Of a stretch of 64,000 bases of DNA, positions 62,951 through 64,000 are shown one piece after another. The notes below the pieces were generated by a model. It did no database searches. It was not told the DNA's origin and was given only the letters and a program-made list of their open reading frames with translations. How positions within the stretch are numbered: position 1 is the first letter of the stretch; each line of letters starts with the position of its first letter. A program made the translations under genes and the position numbers. Source of the DNA: Octopus vulgaris (taxonomy: Eukaryota); assembly GCA_951406725.2 (NCBI GenBank), contig OX597824.1:34782001-34846000 (forward strand), written 5' to 3'.

Positions 62951-64000
62951 TATAAACGAGTTCGTTTCTGATAATAAGTTAATTAAATTAAGAAAATGTA
63001 AGAAAATGTAGAAAGTGTACAACAATTCTTTTAAATTTAAGAATGATTAATTAATGTTTTGTAAGAAATCTTTTATCATAATATTTGTCTTTCTATTTTG
63101 ATAGCATTTGTTTTAAATACTCATTCATTTTCATTGGAATCTGTATTCTTCTAATTTTCTGAAGGTTAGTTTGATGAACTTGCGACATATGTCGAAATCT
63201 ATTAATTCTTTAATTTTGATACTATGCTTGAGATTATGGACAGAAGCATATCTGAATCTACAAGAAGAGAAATTCCAATGTTGGTTGGGTATATACATTC
63301 TTATGACGCATTTATTTTTGTATATATTAAGATATTGATTCATATAAAATAAATATTCATGTTTATAAGATTGATCATCATCAGAAAGGTTTTAAAACCA
63401 TTAAATATTATGTTTTATTTTTTTAATATTCCATATTGAAAACAAAATGAATTTGTGGTATTAATTACTAAAACTAGATGGATTCACATTTTTCTTCATG
63501 CAAAAACAATACTCTACATTGACATATAGAGAAGTTAGATTTGGCCATGAATAGGTTTAAACATAATTGTTTGGAAAAAATTATGCATAATAACAGAGCT
63601 ACATTTGTGTTTACTGTCATCCTATGGAGATGGATTTCATTGTTAAGGACATCCAGCCATAGAAATTATGCCAAAGCAGATAGTTGGTGCTTGGTGCTGG
63701 TCTCCAACTAGTCAGCTCAAGTCAAAAAGTTCAACCCATGCCAGTATGGAAAACATGTTAAATGACAATGATGATGATAATGATGGTGAGATTTTATATT
63801 TCAAGATTCACGATTAATTAAAATTTGTTAATTATTCACTTTTCATCATGTATATATTTCATCATACATATATTTTTATTACTCACTTTTCATCATACAT
63901 ATATATATTTTACTAGCAAGCTATTCCAAAGAAGACTGAAGCCTGTAAACCTGACAATGATAAATAAATTATTCATATTCCAATTAATATTATAATATTT

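Overview
AT-rich, repeat-saturated animal genomic DNA. The SINE, RTE-LINE and Penelope repertoire and the (TA)n/(GATA)n/(CAT)n microsatellites look like an octopod cephalopod (inference). One host gene is threaded through the window on the + strand: an IL-17 receptor-like type I membrane protein. Its exons are a signal peptide (7566-7628), a 16-nt microexon (23590-23605), three ectodomain exons (34514-34667, 35405-35464, 41477-41579), a TM exon (44716-44871) and a terminal SEFIR-domain exon (58259-58977). As sequenced it has two problems: an A7 frameshift at an A_AAA_AAG motif, and a missing or LINE-interrupted juxtamembrane exon. Just upstream is a very young Ty3/Gypsy LTR element whose 3' LTR carries five tandem TGACGTGG motifs. 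The introns and flanks hold a complete mariner, a near full-length RTE LINE with a PHD-type finger, decayed RTE, CR1, Penelope, piggyBac, Tc1 and Gypsy copies, non-autonomous Helitrons and Merlin-like MITEs with telomeric repeats. Two items stand out: a dense cluster of minimal hammerhead-ribozyme motifs and foldbacks (24.2-26.0 kb), and a Maverick/Polinton (adintovirus-like) endogenous virus relic with capsid and packaging-ATPase fragments (50.0-53.6 kb). All calls were made by eye; no database searches were run.
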